A stretch of 64,000 bases of DNA from assembly GCA_004764695.1 (NCBI GenBank), contig SMSO01000007.1, forward strand, positions 124,001 through 188,000. Reading direction: 5' to 3'. Position numbers and translations under genes: made by a program. Shown in pieces: positions 59,223 through 64,000 of the stretch. The stretch is from Schizochytrium sp. TIO01 (lineage: Eukaryota; Protista; Bigyra: Labyrinthulomycetes). The notes under the pieces were generated by a model that saw only the letters and a program-made list of their open reading frames with translations, was not told the origin of the DNA and did not search any database. Every line of letters starts with the position of its first letter. Within the stretch, counting starts at the first letter, position 1.

Positions 59223-60049
59223 TTTGTTTGTCTCAGAGTTATGAAACTACGCCGATTCTCCACAAAATCAATCTTCTTTGATACCAGATTTCTGGGCTTT
59301 CACCTACAATTATCGCACGTAAAATATTAATTGCTATCTTATGTTTACTCCGCAGAAATCTCGTTCAAAGAGAGAGTGCAAGGTGTCAAATCCCTATGAA
59401 AGTTCACCGGAGAAGTGCGCGCAATTTTGCGCAGCTTTCCGTGTTCTCACAGGTACGCCTTTTCGACCTCAGAGCTGCGGTCGATGGGCCGATGAATCGC
59501 TGGATCGCAGGACGGATCCAGATCCGACCCCGCCCCGTGGCTCGTCAAGATCGCCGCGGCGGCGCGTTCTAAACCAGCCTTTCGGCCTTGCGCTCTGCTC
59601 CCACGCTCGCAACGACCTCGCGCGAGCAGCCTCGCGAGAGGGTCTGCCGCTGCCTCCAGTCAATGAACGGCCTCTCCTCTTACATATAAAAACCAGCCCA
59701 GCAAAGAACCTTTTGGCGAATAGCCTACTTAGATACTCTACAGTATAACTCAGCACTTACAATAGGTTATAGGATTTGTTCTATTGTAAGGGGAAGAAGG
59801 TTCTAGGTGGCCGCAGAAGCGCATTGGTGTTCTTGCAGAGTTCCTTGCGAAGGAAAAATCACCTGCGAGTGAGGTTTGTCCTGTTTAGAAACGAGGAAGC
59901 GATTTAGAGTTGGAATGGAATTTGTGCAAGTTACCTGTTCTCCGAGCACTCTGAGCAATGGAACGGCACAAGGTCTGAAGAAGAAGACTTAGAATCAATG
60001 TCGCTCATTTTTCTGTTTTCACTCGCCAAGTGCTTCCTTGAATCAATCG

Positions 60050-60748
60050 TCAGAATGAGCCGCGCACACGCTTCCGCGCGCTGACACAGGATAGCAAGTC
60101 CTCGAGCGCCTCCTTATCTTTAGCCTGGAACTTCTCAAACTCCGTGGGTTCTTTATGTTGGGTGGCGCGGCCAAAGTCGAGCAGATGTGCAGTCTTGGAC
60201 TCCAGGTTGAGTGCAACGTTGCGCCAGGCGATGTCGCCGTGCAAGACGCCCGCCTGGTGCACGCGTGCAAGGGACTCTCTGATCAAACAGGGTCCCCAAT
60301 TATGATGAGTGGTCAGCAGCTCTAAACTTGCAGTTGCACCCGAAGAGGTCGTGGCAATGATTACGTGGTTGTGGAACACGCCGCCATACACTAAGAAAGG
60401 GATGTAGAGACCCTGTAACTTGTGCAGGGGTTCCTTGTAGAACTCAACTTCTTTGAGAAATGACTCCTTGCTCTCTGCAGAAACCTACCTCGACCAATCC
60501 TTCGAACTTTGCATAGCCTTGGCAAAGACGTCCCGTGTGAAACCTTAATAGGAAATCCAAGTAATCCGAACCACGCCTTCCGCCACAGGCTTAAAATCCT
60601 CCTCCCATGGCAGAGGCATACTGAATGCCTACTCGCTCAGGGGTAGGAGGCTGGCGACTCTATTGCGGAGAGCCTCGATCTCATCTTCCTGACCGGACTG
60701 ATTGGCCCCTCTTGTTATCGTGGATCTGATGAAATCTGTGCAAGCTTA
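60050..60748 (-). pseudogene. Protein kinase pseudogene (small atypical kinase, possibly of the Crinkler-associated/fungal type)
   Basis: One frame: EGVVRITWISY*GFTRDVFAK...SR*VSAESKESFLKEVEFY...LQGLYIPFL...VLHGDIAWRNV...LLDFGRA; stops at 60485, 60545, 60629, 60746. Confidence 0.7.
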
Positions 60749-60860
60749 TCCGATCATGTTCTCCAAAATCTCGAGGGTGTTATTCTTATCGACCTGCTTC
60801 CCGCCCCATCTGTCCTGACACATTTGATAGAACGTCTGTACTTCAACCGATTCGCTCTCC

Positions 60861-61301
60861 ATGGTGCTCTTGACCTCTGCTGTTGTACAGAAGGACGGAG
60901 AGTCTGATGATGTGGAGGTGTTACTGCCAAGTTTCACGCAGTTTGTGCATAATGTCAACGTGGAGTGCGCCCGTGTGCTCTACGATAACGTTGACGCGCT
61001 CAACCCGGACATGCCGGACCGCAAGAAGCTCGACATTCGTGAGCGCCTACTCGGCTGTTTCTCCAAGGTGGTTGCCGCTTCGCTCCGCCTGATGATCCCA
61101 CTTGAGGCGATCGCTCCCAAGGGTAGCCGTGCAATGGACCAGCCGGGTGTTCTCGACACATTCGGAGAGGAATCTTCAGATGAGTCGTCTGTGGACGAAG
61201 AGTGATCCTCAGACGAAGATAAGGATGAGGATGACCTCAATTCCGATGAAGACGAGGACCACGACTCAGACCTCTCAGATGAGGATGAAGAGGACCTGTA
61301 A
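60861..61301 (+). pseudogene. Gene fragment with an acidic D/E/S tail interrupted by TGA
   Basis: The acidic repeat continues in frame past TGA 61203-61205 (DEE*SSDEDKDEDD...) to TAA 61299-61301. Confidence 0.45.
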
Positions 61302-62261
61302 GTAAAAAATCAAGCAAAATTAAATCATAACAATTTATAAATCAAATTTATCTACTACTCTTTTAATTTTATGAAGGAGCCATGCCTAGCTTCACGAAGC
61401 TTATATTTGTCTCTGGGCGGGCAATGAAACTGCACGAGCTATCGCCTATCTCGTTGCAGGTGATCTGCAAAACCTGGAATAGCTAGAAGTCCCAGTCACG
61501 ACCGCAATAGTTTGAATCGAGGACAGATTTGACTGGTTAACAAGAGTGTTTGGTTCCGGGATCGAGCTTATTGCCAGCCCCATCAAATGCATGAAAGGTG
61601 GTCCACCGAGTATCATTTGTGATACTCACAGAATCCGTGGTGAACAAATCAACCATAAGTGAAATGCTCACGAGATAGACTGAGTTTGTGAAGGCATATG
61701 TCGTTGAGTTATCAGTGACACACTGGGTACTTGTCTTGAAACTACCATTGAAAAGCACGTTGGATTCAACAACTACTCCTCCTTCGAGATATTGAGGTTG
61801 CCTTTGTAAGCCCTGAAGCTGCGGGAGGGAGGGGGGGGGGAGGGCTATATCTTTTGAAGGTTTGCAACTGAAATTGAAGAACGAACAAAGTACTCTGAAG
61901 AAAGAAAGCTTCTAAATATATAGCCTCTGAAATGTAAAAAAGCATCGTAATACCTTTCCTCTTGATTGCTCTTCGCTTAAACTTTAATTCACTGAAAGGT
62001 GCTGATAGAGCAGCGTTGAGCAACGTGCGTCACTTTCAAACACCGTGACAATATACTTGTACCAAGAGTTAGCTGCACAAGGCCCATAGAACGCGATGGA
62101 TTTGCCATTAAAGAGATTTTCCATAGGTTTAAGGAACTCGAACGAGCGGTGGAAAATACTTGTTAACATTTATTTGATTTCAGAAAGCAAAAAGATTATG
62201 GAACTCGTCAGTTGCGAGCATGCAAAATGACCTTGGTAGACCGGAAAGCAAGATTCAGGAT

Positions 62262-63968
62262 TTATCGCAGGTCATTAAGCTGAGAAGACTGCCGTTCGAT
62301 AGCAGACATCATCTCCCCGAACTGATCGAGCATATTACCATGCACAGCAGCCATGCGCGACCCCCGCGCTGACTTGGGTGTGTCGCGGCGCCACCCTCGA
62401 GAGGATTGGCTAGTCGGCGTCACAGGCCTTCGAGAGTTGCCGTTTGTAGAGTAAGATAAACCAGATCCCATTAGTGTCGCCGATGCAAGCCCAGACCCAG
62501 CAGGAGTAGACTCCAAAAAGCGGCGATGCAGCGTCTCCATATCATCTCCGAGACGTTGGAGCTCTTGGGCAAGACGGTGATTTGCATGCAAGAGATCTCG
62601 CACCTCATAAGAAGAAGAGCCGTGCCGAGATAGCAGAACCTGAGTTTTTTCAACAAGAGTCGATACGCCCCGAAGAAGAGATGCAAAAGCCTCCTCGCCG
62701 AGGCGTAAAGCTTGGACGTCCCCGTCTCGCAAGCCACCCTCGGCCATTATATTGCTTGACATTTGACTTCGATGCTGAGAAGCTGAGTTTGATGAACGAA
62801 TAGCACGCTCAGTATCTTCAACCTGGCGCCAAAGCGTCTGCTCAAAGTCATCATTTCCATTGCCTTCGCCCCGGCTAGATGAATGGCGAGTGCGAGAGTC
62901 CTTTCCATTTCGGTATGACATACCTGAGCTTGCATTATTGCCATGCAAAGCACGATCTAGACGGGCCTTGGACTCGCGTAGTTGACTGTCCCGAGATTCT
63001 AACTTACGCAAAGTACTCTCAAGCTTACGTTCAAGCGTCGATACTGTCTGCTTCTTGGTATGCAGATCGTCTCGTAGGTTGCGCAACTGTTGTTTAAGTG
63101 CTGCTTGGGACTCGTTAAGATCCTGGATGCGCTGCCCTCGGTCTTCAAGTTCCAAAGAAAGTACACGATTGTTTTCCTTGAATTGACCAAGATCGCCATA
63201 AAGTTCTTCAAGACGAGAATCAATGCGTCCCTTTTCATCACGAAGTGCATCAAGCTCTGCGCGGACTTGTCGAACCTCTCCTTCTAGATGAGCGGAGCGC
63301 TCACGCGCAGAACTCAGCTGTTCGTGCAAACGCTCTTTTTCGTCTTGAGAACGTTGCACTCGTGCCTCGAGAATGCGAATACGGTCTTCATTTTGTTGGC
63401 GCTCCTGTCGCAGGTCACCCAAAAGTTCGTTATATCGCTTCTCCATTGACAAAGCCTGACCTTTAAGATGTACATTGCTATTTTTAGATAAGGTCTCCAT
63501 ACCATGCATGAAAGCAGCAAGTTTGCCTTCGGCATTGGAGAGTTGTACCTCGGTACGCTCAAGTTGTCCCACAATTTGTTTGAGCTTGTTTTGCCATTTT
63601 CGCTCCATCTCGATTCCGCTCTTTGCGAAAGCATTTTTGAGTTCTTGTAAATCTTCGAGGCGCATAAGGACCTCATTGGAGTTGTAATTACTCTGATTAT
63701 GGTTCTGTGCTCCGAATGAGCCACTCCGCGGCTGCCGCATGGAACCGGAGCGGCTTCGTGACTGTCCCATTTGTTGATTATGCTCTTGTTGCTGTTGATA
63801 TTGATGTTGGGGAATTACACTCGGATGTTGATGCGAAGAGAAGCTTGTGTCCAACATGCTTCGGTTGTTACTAACGTTCAAGTGGGGTCCATTAGTCTGG
63901 CCATTGCCACTGTGAAAGTTCTCATCAAGCCATCTGCGGGGCTCAGGTCGCTCAGCGGTAGGGCGCAT
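62262..63968 (-). CDS. Long coiled-coil protein (568 aa; 5' end may lie further upstream)
   Basis: 1.7-kb ORF with extended heptad L/E/Q/R composition and Q/N/S-rich N-terminus. Confidence 0.8.
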   Translation of the reverse strand: MRPTAERPEPRRWLDENFHSGNGQTNGPHLNVSNNRSMLDTSFSSHQHPSVIPQHQYQQQQEHNQQMGQSRSRSGSMRQPRSGSFGAQNHNQSNYNSNEVLMRLEDLQELKNAFAKSGIEMERKWQNKLKQIVGQLERTEVQLSNAEGKLAAFMHGMETLSKNSNVHLKGQALSMEKRYNELLGDLRQERQQNEDRIRILEARVQRSQDEKERLHEQLSSARERSAHLEGEVRQVRAELDALRDEKGRIDSRLEELYGDLGQFKENNRVLSLELEDRGQRIQDLNESQAALKQQLRNLRDDLHTKKQTVSTLERKLESTLRKLESRDSQLRESKARLDRALHGNNASSGMSYRNGKDSRTRHSSSRGEGNGNDDFEQTLWRQVEDTERAIRSSNSASQHRSQMSSNIMAEGGLRDGDVQALRLGEEAFASLLRGVSTLVEKTQVLLSRHGSSSYEVRDLLHANHRLAQELQRLGDDMETLHRRFLESTPAGSGLASATLMGSGLSYSTNGNSRRPVTPTSQSSRGWRRDTPKSARGSRMAAVHGNMLDQFGEMMSAIERQSSQLNDLR

Positions 63969-64000
63969 TCCATGGCGTAAACGTGATGACGATGAATGCA

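Noticed and set aside
60485-60748. Alternative genetic code (TAR = Gln) for the kinase relic
   Set aside because: Neighbouring genes end normally in TAA or TAG; ordinary nonsense decay is the simpler explanation
1-64000. tRNA, rRNA, telomeric repeats, intact transposase/RT/Fanzor or viral hallmark genes
   Set aside because: None recognised; GGTTCG hits (e.g. near 7018, 19461, 36429) lack cloverleaf context. tRNAscan-SE, Rfam and RepeatModeler would be needed to exclude them formally

Overview
Eukaryotic nuclear DNA: intron-poor, with GT-AG introns carrying CTRAC branch points and microsatellite-rich intergenic tracts. The style suggests a flagellated stramenopile such as a thraustochytrid/labyrinthulomycete, but that is inference. 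About 16 intact-looking genes can be supported: MTHFR (2 exons, head-to-head with a 4-exon CDK7), a PP2C, TMEM138 (stop overlapping a convergent CDS), a CCaMK/DMI3-like kinase, an ABCD half-transporter, SEC11, a PIGBOS1-like microprotein, a membrane-anchored GGCT-like protein lacking the catalytic Glu, XMAP215/CKAP5, a VAMP7-type longin SNARE, XRN2 and four unknown proteins. There are also several decayed kinase-like relics. No tRNA, rRNA, CRISPR array or intact transposon was recognised. Best candidate for a new system: the 3' splice site of the MTHFR intron reads UACAG|AG and sits in the loop of a predicted hairpin. This resembles the METTL16/METT-10 m6A SAM-sensing splice site known from nematode SAM synthetase genes, and intron retention would create a premature stop. 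All family assignments are by-eye motif recognition, not database searches.
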